Assembly: GCA_002714185.1 (NCBI GenBank)
Contig: PAWM01000002.1
Span: forward strand, 4,278 to 65,458
Length of the DNA stretch: 61,181 nt
Direction: 5' to 3'
Origin: Flavobacteriales bacterium
GTDB lineage: Bacteria > Bacteroidota > Bacteroidia > Flavobacteriales > TMED113
The notes under the pieces were generated by a model, which was given only the letters and a program-made list of their open reading frames with translations, was not told the DNA's origin and did no database searches. The translations under genes were made by a program, and so were the position numbers. Positions 21,613-33,925 of this stretch are shown piece after piece. Position 1 is the stretch's first letter. Each line of letters starts with the position of its first letter.

Positions 21613-23092
21613 AAACATATATTGTTTTATATATGTATATATATTGATTCCTATATTCTTAGTTGGCTGTGCTAATATTGTAGCACCTAGTGGAGGTGAT
21701 AAAGACATATCCCCGCCTAAAATAATTTCAGCAAATCCTCCCAGCAAATCTATTAATTTTAATGGTAAAAAGATAATCTTAGTATTTGATGAATATTTCA
21801 AATTAAAAAAAAATAATATTAATCTTTCCCCGATATGTGAACCACCTCCAAAAATTAATATAAAAGGCAAAACAATTGAAATTAATATTTAGTGTGACCT
21901 AATGGATTCAACTACATACACAATAAATCTTAGCAAATCAATTGTGGATTTAAACGAGGGTAACATATTAAACAATTACAAATATGTGTTCTCTACAGGG
22001 GCCGAGCTAGATTCTTTAAGCATAAAAGGCTCTGTTAATGAGCTTTATAATAATAAGGTGGCCAACAATGTACTAATAGGACTTTATCAAAGCACAGACT
22101 CGATTAAACCTTATTATTACACATTTAGCAATGAAAATGGTGAATTTTTAATTGACAATATTTCTAAAAAAGACTTCATTCTTTTTGCTATTAAAGATGA
22201 AAATATGAATTTAAAATATGACACCGGTGAGATGATATCTTTACCTGAAAAAATTTATGATTTTAGTGGAAATAAAAATATTGGCTTATTTTATGAGGAC
22301 CTCTCAAATCAAATTATAAATGTTGAAAACATTCATAGGAATTCAATTATCTTTAATCATGGTAATATCAACGATTCTATTTTTATTTTAAATACTAATG
22401 GATTATGGTCTAAAGGTAATAATTATTCAATGTTTTGGTTTAATGAAAATCCTACATTTATTAAATATAAATTTAATAATATAACTGATTCAATCCGAAT
22501 TTTTAATAGAGATAGTGTTGAATTAAAATTAAATTTAACAAGCACGATTGAGGATTATTATTTTAACAAAAAAATTATTATAAACTCTAATATTCCTATT
22601 ACGGATATAGAAGAAAATTTAATTTACTGGAAACACTCCGATCAAAGTACCAATCTGTCTATCATTGATGATTTTAATATACAGTTGGATGTTGCTGAAG
22701 CCACTGAAGCACCACAATTATTAATTATTAATAAAGGTGCTATTAATTTTGTAAATAACACTCTTAATGATTCGTCTGTCTTTAATTTTAACTATAACGA
22801 AAATGATTATGGTACCATTCATTTAAAATGTGAAACTTGCAGTGAAAAAACAATTATAGAATTATTTAATGCAAATCAAAATACAATAATAAAAGAAAGC
22901 TGGAAAGATCACCTTAAATTTAGTTTTATTACACCGGGAAAATATAATCTTCGAATATTTGAAGATCTTAATGGAGATTTCAATTGGAATAGTGGAAAAA
23001 TTAACCCTATTAAAAAGCCTGAACCTATTAAAATATACCCAGAAGAAATTAAAATTAAAGCTAATTGGGAAATAGATCTTATAATTGAATGA
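21587..23092 (+). pseudogene. Ig-like (Big_5-type) domain lipoprotein interrupted by an in-frame TAG at 21890-21892
   Basis: Lipobox LVGCA..PSGGDKD..PP, FDEY; the same frame continues *CDLMDSTTYTIN..IVDLNEGN..YVFSTG to C-terminal ANWE. Confidence 0.8.
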
Positions 23093-23227
23093 AACATATA
23101 TAGAAAACTATATGTTTTAAGCGATGAATTATTTCATACAATCTTGCTAAATTCCTTTAATTATGTTGTTTTATATTTTTTTCTGATTTAAATTAGTAAC
23201 TGATTTACAATAAAATATATTTACAAA

Positions 23228-23878
23228 ATGCAATCTTCAATAATTAAAAAATTTTTTATGGCATTGTCCGGCATTTTTTTAATGATTTTTTTATTACAAC
23301 ACCTTGCAATCAATCTCACATCACTAATTCCAGATAATGGAGAAACATTTAATACCATTTCACATTTTATGGGCTATAATCCAATTGTACAGTTTGTATT
23401 GCAACCTATTTTAATTTTTGGTGTGTGTTTTCATTTCGTAATGGGATTTATTTTAGAATATCAAAATCGAAAAGCTAGAGTTCAAAAATATATTTTACAT
23501 AAAACAAGAAGTTCGTGGATATCTAGAAATATGATAATCTCCGGTTTAGTGATACTGGCTTTTTTAATTTTACATTTTGATGATTTTTGGCTGCCTGAAA
23601 TTAATGATAAATATATAAACCCCGTACTACCCGATCCTGAAAAATATTTTTTCCATTTACAAGAACAATTTTATAACCAAACATATAGGACTATTTTTTA
23701 CTGCATATCTTTTGTTTTATTAGGATTGCATTTGAATCACGGTCTAGCATCCTCTTTTCAATCAGTAGGAGTAAGCAGTGCTAATAAACACATATTAAAA
23801 GTAGCAGCCAACGTATATTCTATTACAATTACAGTAGGATTTATTTCTATTGCAATTTTTCATTATTTTATTCATTAG
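23228..23878 (+). CDS. sdhC: Succinate dehydrogenase cytochrome b subunit
   Basis: KKFFMALSG, heme histidines, HL.HG..SSFQSVG; precedes sdhA. Confidence 0.93.
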   Translation: MQSSIIKKFFMALSGIFLMIFLLQHLAINLTSLIPDNGETFNTISHFMGYNPIVQFVLQPILIFGVCFHFVMGFILEYQNRKARVQKYILHKTRSSWISRNMIISGLVILAFLILHFDDFWLPEINDKYINPVLPDPEKYFFHLQEQFYNQTYRTIFYCISFVLLGLHLNHGLASSFQSVGVSSANKHILKVAANVYSITITVGFISIAIFHYFIH

Positions 23879-23885
23879 ATTTTAT

Positions 23886-25928
23886 ATGAGCGAGCCAAAT
23901 TTACATAATCATAATTCAAGTGAAAGTTTTCCTTTTTCTAATAAAGTGCCTAAAGGGCCAATAGGTAATAAATGGGAACAACATAAGGGAAAAATAAACT
24001 TAGTTAGCCCTGCAAATAAAAGAAATATTGATATTATAGTTGTTGGAACCGGTCTTGCGGGTGCATCTGCATCTGCAACACTAGCAGAACTTGGGTACAA
24101 TGTAAAAGCTTTTTGCTTTCAAGACTCTCCAAGAAGAGCTCACTCTATCGCAGCACAAGGAGGGATTAATGCTTCAAAAAATTACCAAGGCGACGGTGAT
24201 TCTAATTATAGATTATTTTATGATACAATTAAAGGTGGTGACTATAGGTCTAGGGAAGCGAATGTATATCGTTTAGCTGAAGTTTCAGCAAATATAATTG
24301 ACCAGTGTGTTGCACAAGGGGTGCCTTTTGCAAGGGATTATGGTGGCCTACTTGACAACCGATCTTTTGGTGGTGTTTTAGTTTCTAGAACTTTCTATGC
24401 TAAAGGGCAAACAGGCCAGCAGTTATTACTGGGAGCATACTCTGCTCTTAACAGACAAATAAATAGAGGAAAGGTTAACATGTATACTCGACATGAAATG
24501 ATGGACTTAGTGGTTGTTGATGGAAAAGCTCGTGGAATAATTGCCCGTAATCTTGTTAATGGGAATATTGAAAGACATGGCGCCCATGCTGTTGTTATTG
24601 CTAGTGGAGGATATGGTAATGTTTTTTATCTATCTACAAATGCTATGGGGAGTAATGTTACAGCAAGTTGGAAAATATATAAAAAAGGTGCATTTTTTGC
24701 TAATCCATGTTTTACACAAATACACCCAACATGTATACCTGTTTCTGGAGAACACCAATCTAAACTTACATTAATGTCAGAGTCGTTAAGAAACGACGGG
24801 AGAATTTGGGTGCCAAAACATAAAAAAGATGTGGAAAAAATAAGAAACAGGGAACTTAAGCCAACTGAAATAGCTGAGGAAGATAGAGACTATTACTTAG
24901 AGAGAAGATATCCTGCTTTTGGAAATTTAGTGCCTAGAGATGTTGCATCAAGAGCAGCGAAAGAGAGATGTGATGCAGGTTATGGGGTCAATAAAACTGG
25001 TCAAGCAGTTTACCTTGATTTTGCATCTGCTATAATTAGATATGGTAAAGAAAAGGCCATTTCTACTGGTCAAGACCCAAATAATACGACATTAATCGAT
25101 AAGCTTGGTAAGCAGGTTATTAAAGCTAAATATGGTAACCTTTTTCAAATGTATGAAAAAATAGTTGACGAAAATCCATATGAAACACCAATGCAAATAT
25201 TCCCTGCTGTACATTATACAATGGGTGGTGTTTGGGTGGATTATAATTTAATGACCACTATTCCGGGTTGTTTTGCAATTGGAGAAGCTAACTTTTCTGA
25301 TCATGGTGCAAATAGACTTGGGGCATCTGCACTAATGCAGGGATTAGCAGATGGCTATTTTGTTTTACCATATACTATTGGGGACTACTTAGCAAATGAC
25401 ATTAAAACTGGTAAAATAGATGTGAATATGAAAGCCTTTGAAGATGCGGAGAAAAAAGTAAAAGAATTTATATCAAATATTTCATCAAATCAATCTGGAA
25501 ACCCCGTAGATTATTACCACAAAAAACTTGGTCAAATTATGTGGAATAAGTGTGGGATGTCTCGAAATGAACAAGATTTAAAAAAAGCAATAGAAGAAAT
25601 TAAAATACTAAAAAAAGACTTTTATAAAAATGTTTATGTCCCAGGAGAATCAGGTGGTTATAATGAAGAACTTGCTAAAGCTGGTCGTGTAGCAGATTTT
25701 TTAGAACTCGGTGAACTTTTTGCAATAGATGCCCTGGAAAGAAAGGAATCCTGCGGGGGTCATTTTCGAGAAGAGTATCAAACTAAAGAAGGTGAAGCTC
25801 TGAGAAACGATGAAGACTACACTTTTGTTTCATGTTGGGAGTTTATGGGAGATGGAAAAACCCCTAAGCTCAATAAAGAACAATTAAAATTTGAGTCTAT
25901 TGAATTAAAATCTAGAAGCTATAAATAA
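23886..25928 (+). CDS. sdhA: Succinate dehydrogenase/fumarate reductase flavoprotein
   Basis: [44 protein letters not shown]; ATG at 23886 preferred. Confidence 0.97.
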   Translation: MSEPNLHNHNSSESFPFSNKVPKGPIGNKWEQHKGKINLVSPANKRNIDIIVVGTGLAGASASATLAELGYNVKAFCFQDSPRRAHSIAAQGGINASKNYQGDGDSNYRLFYDTIKGGDYRSREANVYRLAEVSANIIDQCVAQGVPFARDYGGLLDNRSFGGVLVSRTFYAKGQTGQQLLLGAYSALNRQINRGKVNMYTRHEMMDLVVVDGKARGIIARNLVNGNIERHGAHAVVIASGGYGNVFYLSTNAMGSNVTASWKIYKKGAFFANPCFTQIHPTCIPVSGEHQSKLTLMSESLRNDGRIWVPKHKKDVEKIRNRELKPTEIAEEDRDYYLERRYPAFGNLVPRDVASRAAKERCDAGYGVNKTGQAVYLDFASAIIRYGKEKAISTGQDPNNTTLIDKLGKQVIKAKYGNLFQMYEKIVDENPYETPMQIFPAVHYTMGGVWVDYNLMTTIPGCFAIGEANFSDHGANRLGASALMQGLADGYFVLPYTIGDYLANDIKTGKIDVNMKAFEDAEKKVKEFISNISSNQSGNPVDYYHKKLGQIMWNKCGMSRNEQDLKKAIEEIKILKKDFYKNVYVPGESGGYNEELAKAGRVADFLELGELFAIDALERKESCGGHFREEYQTKEGEALRNDEDYTFVSCWEFMGDGKTPKLNKEQLKFESIELKSRSYK

Positions 25929-25929
25929 T

Positions 25930-26673
25930 ATGGATTTATCACTTAAAATTTGGAGACAAAAAAATAAAAACGAAAAAGGGTCCATGCAAGACTACTCAAT
26001 AAAAAATATAGAACCTGATATGTCATTTCTTGAAATGCTTGATGTGCTTAATCAGCAACTTATTAGTGGCGGAGAAGAGCCTGTTGCTTTTGACCATGAC
26101 TGTCGAGAAGGTATTTGCGGATCTTGTTCTTTGGTTATTAATGGAGCTCCACATGGACCCCATAAAAGCACAACCACATGTCAGTTACATATGAGAAAAT
26201 TTAAATCTGGGGACACAATTTATATTGAACCATTTAGAGGCTCTGCTTTTCCGATTATTAAAGATTTGATTGTTGACAGAAGTTCATTTGATAGAATACA
26301 GCAGGCTGGCGGGTATGTGTCAGTTAACACATCAGGTAATACGGTCGATGCAAATGCTACTCCAATACCAAAACCAAATGCTGATGAAGCATTTAAATCT
26401 GCAGCTTGCATTGGTTGTGGTGCCTGTGTTGCTGCCTGTAAAAACTCATCTGCTATGTTATTTGTTGGTGCTAAAGTTTCACAATATGCTCAACTTCCAC
26501 AAGGCAAAGTTGAAAGAACTGAGCGAGTTAAAAATATGGTTGTCCAAATGGACAAAGAAGGTTTTGGTAATTGCACTAATACTGGTGCTTGTGAAGCACA
26601 TTGCCCAAAAGAAATTTCATTGGACAATATTGTAAAACTAAATAGAGAATACTTAAACTCAAAAATCAAATAA
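25930..26673 (+). CDS. sdhB: Succinate dehydrogenase iron-sulfur subunit
   Basis: [32 protein letters not shown]. Confidence 0.97.
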   Translation: MDLSLKIWRQKNKNEKGSMQDYSIKNIEPDMSFLEMLDVLNQQLISGGEEPVAFDHDCREGICGSCSLVINGAPHGPHKSTTTCQLHMRKFKSGDTIYIEPFRGSAFPIIKDLIVDRSSFDRIQQAGGYVSVNTSGNTVDANATPIPKPNADEAFKSAACIGCGACVAACKNSSAMLFVGAKVSQYAQLPQGKVERTERVKNMVVQMDKEGFGNCTNTGACEAHCPKEISLDNIVKLNREYLNSKIK

Positions 26674-27953
26674 TGAGATATCCTCCAATTGATAATAAAT
26701 TATTTAAAAGTAATCGTTCTGAATTTTCAGAATTATTAAGAAATAATTCTATTGCCATATTTAATTCCAATGATTTAATGCCGAAAAATGCTGATCAATT
26801 AATGACATTTAAGCAAAATAGTGACCTTTTTTATTTATCTGGTATTGATCAGGAGGAAACTATATTAGTAATAAAAAAAATAGAGGGTAAGATAACTGAA
26901 TTTCTTTTTATAAGGGAAACAAGTGACACTCTAAAAATATGGGAAGGGGAAAAACTTTCTAAAGATAAAGGAAAAAATATTTCTGGAATTAATAATATCT
27001 TTTGGAATACAAGTTTTGAAAAAAGATTACCTGAATTAATGTCAGGAGTGGAATATATATATTTAAATAGTAATGAACACCCAAGAGCAAATGTCGTAGT
27101 TGAAACAAGAGATGCTAGATTTCAAAAATGGCTTACACTAAAATATCCAAACTACAAATACAAAAAAAGTGCGAAATTATTACATAAGATTAGGCCTGTT
27201 AAAAAAAGTACAGAAATTGACCTGATTCAATCAGCATGCAATATCACAAAAAAAGGTGTTCAAAGGGTATTCAAATGTTTAAGGCCTGGTATATATGAAT
27301 ATGAAATTCAGGCTGAAATAATACATGAATTTTTACTTAATAAAGCAACTGGATTTGCATACGATCCTATTATTGCTTCCGGAAATAATGCTTGTATACT
27401 GCATTATGGATCTAATAATGAAATATGTAAAGATGGAGATGTTGTATTAATGGACTTTGGTGCTGAATATGCTAATTATTCATCTGATTTAACTAGATCA
27501 TTTCCTGTGAATGGGAAATTTACTAAAAGACAAAAAGATGTTTATAACAGTGTATTAAATGTTATGAAAGATGCAACCAATATGTTGTCTCCTGGTGTCT
27601 TACTCTCTGATTACGAAAAAGCTGTTGGTAAATTAATGGAAAAAGAGCTGGTAAACTTAGGGCTACTGTCATTGAGTGACATCAAGAATTTTAACACCCT
27701 TCCTGCTTATAAAAAATACTATATGCATGGAACATCTCACCATCTTGGGCTTGATGTGCATGATGTTTCTGAGCCGGAAACACCTATTAAAGAGGGTATG
27801 ATTCTCACATGTGAACCTGGTATCTACATCCCGGAAGAAGGTCTTGGAATTAGGCTTGAAAATGATATTTTAATTAAAGAGGGCAGAAATATTGACCTAA
27901 TGGCCGACATCCCTATCGAGGTTGATGAAATTGAACACTTTTTAAATATATAG
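26673..27953 (+). CDS. pepP: Xaa-Pro aminopeptidase (M24B)
   Basis: FKQNSDLFYL, LHY, DFGAEY..YSSDLTR, HGTSHHLGLDVHD, EPGIY, RLEND. Confidence 0.92.
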   Translation: MRYPPIDNKLFKSNRSEFSELLRNNSIAIFNSNDLMPKNADQLMTFKQNSDLFYLSGIDQEETILVIKKIEGKITEFLFIRETSDTLKIWEGEKLSKDKGKNISGINNIFWNTSFEKRLPELMSGVEYIYLNSNEHPRANVVVETRDARFQKWLTLKYPNYKYKKSAKLLHKIRPVKKSTEIDLIQSACNITKKGVQRVFKCLRPGIYEYEIQAEIIHEFLLNKATGFAYDPIIASGNNACILHYGSNNEICKDGDVVLMDFGAEYANYSSDLTRSFPVNGKFTKRQKDVYNSVLNVMKDATNMLSPGVLLSDYEKAVGKLMEKELVNLGLLSLSDIKNFNTLPAYKKYYMHGTSHHLGLDVHDVSEPETPIKEGMILTCEPGIYIPEEGLGIRLENDILIKEGRNIDLMADIPIEVDEIEHFLNI

Positions 27954-27966
27954 TTTTCTATATGTT

Positions 27967-29013
27967 TTAATTTTTTTCAATAAATGAATCCCAACCATCT
28001 GAACTTATATCAACTGATTGTTCTGAAGTTGTTATTAACTCTATTTTAAAAGGAGTTGATGTCATATGTCCTATAATATGAGTGTCTTTTATGGCCTCTA
28101 GTTTACTCTGTGCCGCTAATGGAGCTGTAAATAATAATTCATAGTCCTCTCCACCATGCAAAGCACAAATTGTAGGATTAATATTTAGTTCAATAGCTGC
28201 TTCAGAAGTAAAGCTTGAAATGGGAATTTTATTTTCAAATATCTTAACCCCAATATTTGAGGCCTTGCAAATATGCCTAATATCTGAACTTAGGCCATCT
28301 GAAATGTCAATCATCGCAGAAGGTTGTATTTCATTTTTCTTTAAAATATCAATAACATCTACTCTAGCTTCAGGCTTTAATTGTCTTTCTAAAATGTATT
28401 TATAATTTTCTAATTCGGGTTGCACATTTTGATTTTCATTAAAAATATACCTTTCTCTCTCCAATATTTGCAATCCTAAATATGCTGCACCTAAATCACC
28501 AGAAACACATAATAATTCATTTGGTTTAGCCCCTTTTCTATATGTTATTTTTTTACCATTTACTTTTCCAACAATTGAAACATTAATAACAAGCCCACTA
28601 GAGCTGCTTGTGGTATCGCCTCCAATAAGATCAATACTATAGTTAGCGCATGCTAATTTTACTCCTTCATAAAGTGTTGAAATATGTTCTAAGCTATACT
28701 TATTAGGAATAGCCAAAGAAACAAGTGCATGAGTAGCATGGCCATTCATTGCACATATATCAGAAACATTAACTACTATTGATTTATAACCTAAGTGTTT
28801 TAGTGGAGTATAGGCTGAATCAAAGTGAACACCCTCAACCAACATATCAGTACTTATAAGATAATCTTCATTTTTTAAATATGGTATTACAGCAGCATCG
28901 TCTCCTATCCCCATTTTAGTTAATGAAGAATTTATTTTAATATCACTTACTAAATTATCTATTAAATTAAATTCCCCTAGATTGGCTATTGGTGTAAATT
29001 TATTTTTGTTCAT
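27967..29013 (-). CDS. thiL: Thiamine-monophosphate kinase
   Basis: GEF.LI, GDDAA, EGVHF, NVSDICAMNG, GGDT, DISDGL, GGEDYEL. Confidence 0.96.
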   Translation of the reverse strand: MNKNKFTPIANLGEFNLIDNLVSDIKINSSLTKMGIGDDAAVIPYLKNEDYLISTDMLVEGVHFDSAYTPLKHLGYKSIVVNVSDICAMNGHATHALVSLAIPNKYSLEHISTLYEGVKLACANYSIDLIGGDTTSSSSGLVINVSIVGKVNGKKITYRKGAKPNELLCVSGDLGAAYLGLQILERERYIFNENQNVQPELENYKYILERQLKPEARVDVIDILKKNEIQPSAMIDISDGLSSDIRHICKASNIGVKIFENKIPISSFTSEAAIELNINPTICALHGGEDYELLFTAPLAAQSKLEAIKDTHIIGHMTSTPFKIELITTSEQSVDISSDGWDSFIEKN

Positions 29014-29078
29014 TATTATAGTATCTAAATGTTGATATAAATATAATAGTTATTTAGAATGTTTACAGTGAAAATTTT

Positions 29079-29086
29079 TACCTTTG
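29079..29086 (+). promoter_or_regulatory. Bacteroidota -7 promoter element (TACCTTTG) for the SUF operon
   Basis: TAnnTTTG 16 bp upstream of the ATG at 29103. Confidence 0.55.
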
Positions 29087-29102
29087 TAAAAAATATAAAT
29101 TA

Positions 29103-29426
29103 ATGGTAATTATATCTGATCAAGCAAAAGAAAAATTGATTTCTCTAATGGATAAGGACAAAGAGGGCTTGAAGTATGTTCGAGTTGGCGTCACATCAGG
29201 GGGCTGCTCTGGACTCTCTTATAATTTAGATTTTGACGCTAAAATTTTATCCACTGATAAAGTTTTTGAACATAATGAAATTACACTTCTTGTAGATGAA
29301 AAAAGTTATCTTTACTTAGTGGGAACCACATTGAATTATTCTGGAGGTTTAAATGGGAAAGGATTTGTGTTTGAAAACCCCAATGCATCAAGAACCTGCG
29401 GGTGTGGAGAAAGCTTTGCATTATAA
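29103..29426 (+). CDS. A-type Fe-S carrier (IscA/SufA/HesB family)
   Basis: GGCSGLSY, NPNASRTCGCGESF. Confidence 0.95.
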   Translation: MVIISDQAKEKLISLMDKDKEGLKYVRVGVTSGGCSGLSYNLDFDAKILSTDKVFEHNEITLLVDEKSYLYLVGTTLNYSGGLNGKGFVFENPNASRTCGCGESFAL

Positions 29427-29434
29427 AACAATAA

Positions 29435-30883
29435 ATGGAAAAAAAAGACGAAAAAAAAATAATTGCAGAAATTACTGAGCAAAGCTATAAATATGGATTT
29501 GTATCTAAATTAGACTCTGACACTATTGATAAAGGACTCAATGAGGACACAATAAAACTTATATCCCAAAAAAAAGGGGAACCAGAATGGATGCTTGAAA
29601 AAAGATTGAATGCTTTTAAATTATTAAAGACCATGAAGCCCCCTAACTGGGCAAACTTAAAATTTGATGAAATAGATCTTCAAAACATAATATACTACTC
29701 TGCTCCGAAAAAAAAGGCATCTCTAAAAAGCTTGGATGAAGCTGATCCGGAGCTCCTTAAAACACTAAATAAATTAGGTATCTCAATTGAAGAACAAAAG
29801 AGATTAACAGGTGTTGCTGTTGATGTAGTTATTGATAGTGTTTCAGTTTCCACATCTTTTAAAGAAAAATTATCTGAACTAGGTATAATTTTTTGCTCTA
29901 TTTCAGAGGCCATTAAGAAATATCCTGAACTGGTAAAAAAATATATCGGAACTGTCGTCCCTCCGAAAGATAATTTTTTTGCAGCATTAAATTCAGCTGT
30001 TTTTAGTGACGGATCATTTTGTTTTATTCCTAAGGGTGTTAAATGTCCTATGGAGCTTTCTACTTATTTCAGAATCAATGAAGCTGGTACTGGGCAGTTT
30101 GAAAGAACATTAATTATTGCGGAGGAAAATAGTTTTGTAAGTTACTTGGAGGGCTGCACAGCTCCTCAAAGAGATGAAAACCAACTTCATGCTGCTATAG
30201 TTGAACTTATTGCCTTAGATTCAGCTGAAATTAAATACTCAACTGTTCAAAATTGGTACCCTGGAGATAAAGATGGAAAAGGTGGAGTTTATAATTTTGT
30301 TACCAAAAGAGGAATCGCTCATAAAAAAGCTAAAATTTCTTGGACACAAGTAGAAACAGGGTCATCAATAACATGGAAATACCCATCATGTATACTTAAA
30401 GGTGATGACTCAATTGGTGAATTTTTTTCAATTGCTGTTACTAATAATTATCAACAAGCTGATACTGGGACAAAAATGATTCATCTTGGAAATAGAACAA
30501 AAAGTACAATTATAAGTAAGGGGATTTCTGCAGGTAATAGTAATTCAAGCTACAGGGGGCTTGTTCAAATAAATAGACAGGCTAAAAATTCTCGAAATTT
30601 TTCACAATGTGATTCATTATTAATGGGCAACAAATGTGGAGCACACACATTTCCATATATAAAGGTGAGGAACAAATCCTCTGTTGTAGAGCATGAAGCA
30701 ACTACATCTAAAATTGGAGAAGATCAATTGTTTTATTGTAATCAAAGAGGAATTGGAAATGAAGAATCTATTGCACTAATTGTAAACGGATACTGTAAAG
30801 ATATTTTGCAAAAACTTCCTATGGAATTCGCAATTGAGGCAAAAAAATTATTAGAAATAACACTTGAAGATAGTGTTGGTTAA
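29435..30883 (+). CDS. sufB: Fe-S cluster assembly protein SufB
   Basis: [33 protein letters not shown]. Confidence 0.98.
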   Translation: MEKKDEKKIIAEITEQSYKYGFVSKLDSDTIDKGLNEDTIKLISQKKGEPEWMLEKRLNAFKLLKTMKPPNWANLKFDEIDLQNIIYYSAPKKKASLKSLDEADPELLKTLNKLGISIEEQKRLTGVAVDVVIDSVSVSTSFKEKLSELGIIFCSISEAIKKYPELVKKYIGTVVPPKDNFFAALNSAVFSDGSFCFIPKGVKCPMELSTYFRINEAGTGQFERTLIIAEENSFVSYLEGCTAPQRDENQLHAAIVELIALDSAEIKYSTVQNWYPGDKDGKGGVYNFVTKRGIAHKKAKISWTQVETGSSITWKYPSCILKGDDSIGEFFSIAVTNNYQQADTGTKMIHLGNRTKSTIISKGISAGNSNSSYRGLVQINRQAKNSRNFSQCDSLLMGNKCGAHTFPYIKVRNKSSVVEHEATTSKIGEDQLFYCNQRGIGNEESIALIVNGYCKDILQKLPMEFAIEAKKLLEITLEDSVG

Positions 30884-30895
30884 AATAAAAATACT

Positions 30896-31630
30896 ATGTT
30901 AAAAATTAAAAATTTACATTGCAATATAAACTCAATACCAGTTTTAAAGGGTTTAAATTTAACAATTAATCCAGGCGAGGTGCATGCTATTATGGGGCCA
31001 AATGGGTCGGGAAAAAGTACTCTTGCTTCTATAATTGCAGGGAATGAGAATTATGAAATAACCCAAGGTTCAATTAATTTTTCAAATAACGACTTACTGG
31101 ATTTTTCTCCTGAAGAAAGGTCACATCTTGGTATTTTTTTATCTTTTCAATACCCAGTTGAAATCCCAGGAGTTAGTGTAAGTAACTTTATAAAAACCGC
31201 GGTTAACGAACATAAAAAAATTAACAATTCAAAAGAGCTCACATCAACTGAATTATTAAAACTTATGAAAAGTAATTTAAAATTGCTTGATATGGACCCT
31301 AGTTTTTTATCAAGATCTATGAATGATGGTTTTTCAGGTGGCGAAAAAAAAAGAAATGAAATTTTTCAACTTGCAATGCTTCAACCTAAACTTTCCATTC
31401 TAGATGAAATAGACTCAGGCTTAGATATTGATGCACTGCGAGTTGTGGCGGCTGGGGTTAATAAATTAAGATCTGATTCAAATTCATTTATAATTATTAC
31501 CCATTATCAACGATTACTTAACTATATCTCTCCGGACTTTGTTCATGTACTAAATGACGGGAAAATTGTAAAATCTGGAGATGCAAAACTTGCTTTAGAA
31601 CTAGAAGAAAAAGGCTATGACGGACTTTAA
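30896..31630 (+). CDS. sufC: Fe-S cluster assembly ATPase SufC
   Basis: GPNGSGKST, FQYPVEIPG, FSGGEKKRNE, LDEIDSGLDIDAL. Confidence 0.97.
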   Translation: MLKIKNLHCNINSIPVLKGLNLTINPGEVHAIMGPNGSGKSTLASIIAGNENYEITQGSINFSNNDLLDFSPEERSHLGIFLSFQYPVEIPGVSVSNFIKTAVNEHKKINNSKELTSTELLKLMKSNLKLLDMDPSFLSRSMNDGFSGGEKKRNEIFQLAMLQPKLSILDEIDSGLDIDALRVVAAGVNKLRSDSNSFIIITHYQRLLNYISPDFVHVLNDGKIVKSGDAKLALELEEKGYDGL

Positions 31631-32681
31631 GTGTTATACTGAAAATACTGATTTACTTGCTGATTTATCATGTGCTGAATTTTACATCACCATAGTAAAC
31701 AATCAGTTAAATTTAAATTTATCTAAATTACCAAAAGGGGTTAGCACATTTAATTTAGGAGAATTAAAAAGTCGCACTGATTTTAAAACTTTTCAAAATT
31801 CAAAAAATAAATTAAATAATAACGATTTTATTGTTGAAATAGATTCCTCAATTAAATTAAATCAACCAATATATATTAATCATATAATTGATAATAATTA
31901 TAAAAACAATGACAATATTAATATAGCTTATCATATTAAAGAATATTCTGAAATATCGCTTATCGAAAAAGTCTATGTAGCAAATAAGAGTTGCTCTAAA
32001 AAACCAATAATTACTAATTTAACCTCTTTTTGGAAAATTGATAAAAATGTACAATTATATCACTATGAGTTTAGCCCCGCTGATTTGCATGAAGGCTCTG
32101 CTCTTACAAAGAAACTAAATTTGGAGCAACGGCAAAATAGCGAAGTGTCATTTTACACATTCTATTTAAATAATAATAAAATTCACAATAATATAAACAT
32201 ACAACTAGATGAGCCTGGTGCAAAATGTAATTTATTTTCTATTTCTATGTTGTTTAATGCTGGTTGTGTAGAAAATAATATCATTGTAAATCATAATTCT
32301 CCTGAATGCGAAAGCCGCCAAATATATAAAGGTGTATATAATGATAAGAGTATTGGAAAATTCAACAGTACTGTGTACGTTGCAAAAGATGCACAAAAAA
32401 CATTTAGCAAACAACAAAACAATAATATTTTACTATCTGACTACTCATCTGTTAGCTCTGACCCTCAATTAGAAATTTATGCTGATGATGTTAAATGTGA
32501 ACATGGGTCTACAATAGGGCAAATTGACCCAAAAGCATTGTTTTATTTGCAATCAAGAGGGTTAAATGAAAAACTTGCAAGCAACATGCTTTTAAATGCA
32601 TTCTTAAGTGAAGTAATTAACCAGATTAATGATGCTAACATAAAAAGCACCGTCTTATTAGCTGTAAATAAACGACTATAA
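31617..32681 (+). CDS. sufD: Fe-S cluster assembly protein SufD (divergent N-terminus)
   Basis: AQKT, PQLEIYADDVKCEHGST, FYLQSRG. Confidence 0.9.
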   Translation: MTDFKCYTENTDLLADLSCAEFYITIVNNQLNLNLSKLPKGVSTFNLGELKSRTDFKTFQNSKNKLNNNDFIVEIDSSIKLNQPIYINHIIDNNYKNNDNINIAYHIKEYSEISLIEKVYVANKSCSKKPIITNLTSFWKIDKNVQLYHYEFSPADLHEGSALTKKLNLEQRQNSEVSFYTFYLNNNKIHNNINIQLDEPGAKCNLFSISMLFNAGCVENNIIVNHNSPECESRQIYKGVYNDKSIGKFNSTVYVAKDAQKTFSKQQNNNILLSDYSSVSSDPQLEIYADDVKCEHGSTIGQIDPKALFYLQSRGLNEKLASNMLLNAFLSEVINQINDANIKSTVLLAVNKRL

Positions 32682-32706
32682 TTAATGTATTAAAAATATA
32701 ATAATA

Positions 32707-33924
32707 TTGTATACTGATAATAAAAATATTATAAAGCAATTTCCTTATTTACAGTCCGTAAAAAATAAAGATATAGTATACTTTGATAATGCTGCAACAA
32801 CTCATAAGCCTAATAAAGTTGTTGATGCAATATGTGAGTTTTATAAATCAAATAATACAAATATCCACAGAAGCACACATGTTCAGGGGGCAGCAATAAC
32901 TCAAGATTATGAAGATTCAAGAAAATGTATAGCAAAATTTATTGGAGCTAAAAATAATAACGAAATTATATTTACAAGTGGTGCTACTGAAAGTATAAAT
33001 TTATTAGCAAATTCATACGGGCGAAAAAACATACAAAAAGGGGATGTTATTTTAATCTCTGAAATTGAGCACCATTCTAATATGTTGCCTTGGACCACTC
33101 TTGCTAAAGAGACGGGAGCTGAAATCCAAATAATACCATTAAATGAGGAGCTAATGGTAGATTTAAGTGAGTTGAAATTAATTTTAAACAATAAAGTTAA
33201 AATAATTGCTATTCACCATATTTCAAATGTTACTGGTATTATGCAAAATATTAAATCAATTATTAGTATCGCTCATAAATTCAATATTCCTGTTTTTGTA
33301 GATGGTGCCCAAGCTCCATCTCACATTAAAATTGATGTTAATCTATTAAATTGTGATTTTTATTGTTTTTCTGGACACAAATTATTTGGACCCACAGGAG
33401 TTGGTGTTCTATTTATAAAGCATAAATACTTTAAACAACTTACACCTTATAAAACAGGTGGACAAATGGTTGTAACTGCATCTATAAAAAAACCTAAATG
33501 GGCGGAAATGCCTTTACAGCTTGAAGCTGGAACCCCAAATATAGCCGGTGTACTAGGCTTAAGGGCGGCAATTGAATTTATAAAAGAATACGGTATTAAT
33601 GAAATAATTAAAAAAGAGGAAGAGCTTAATTCATATATGGAAATGCAATTAAAAAACATTCCTAAATTAATTCAATATGGTAAATACAATAAAACTGCCC
33701 CGATTTTTGCATTTAATATAAAGAATATACACCATTATGATATTAGCACATTATTAGCACAAAATAACATTTTAGTAAGATCCGGGCATCTTTGTAATCA
33801 AGGTCTCATGAATCATTTAAAGATTGATGGATGTGTTCGAGCTTCACTAGCTTTTTATAATAATTCTAATGAAATTGATAAATTTATATCAGTTTTGAAA
33901 AAAATAATTTCATTTTTAAAATAA
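32707..33924 (+). CDS. sufS: Cysteine desulfurase
   Basis: YFDNAATT, EHHSN, DGAQ, SGHK, EAGTP, RSGHLC. Confidence 0.93.
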   Translation: MYTDNKNIIKQFPYLQSVKNKDIVYFDNAATTHKPNKVVDAICEFYKSNNTNIHRSTHVQGAAITQDYEDSRKCIAKFIGAKNNNEIIFTSGATESINLLANSYGRKNIQKGDVILISEIEHHSNMLPWTTLAKETGAEIQIIPLNEELMVDLSELKLILNNKVKIIAIHHISNVTGIMQNIKSIISIAHKFNIPVFVDGAQAPSHIKIDVNLLNCDFYCFSGHKLFGPTGVGVLFIKHKYFKQLTPYKTGGQMVVTASIKKPKWAEMPLQLEAGTPNIAGVLGLRAAIEFIKEYGINEIIKKEEELNSYMEMQLKNIPKLIQYGKYNKTAPIFAFNIKNIHHYDISTLLAQNNILVRSGHLCNQGLMNHLKIDGCVRASLAFYNNSNEIDKFISVLKKIISFLK

Positions 33925-33925
33925 A

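Noticed and set aside
21890-21892. Genome-wide TAG/TAA reassignment or pyrrolysine
   Set aside because: TAG ends pheS, PSP1, sdhC and pepP at expected positions, TAA is the main stop, and no pyl genes or suppressor tRNA are in the window
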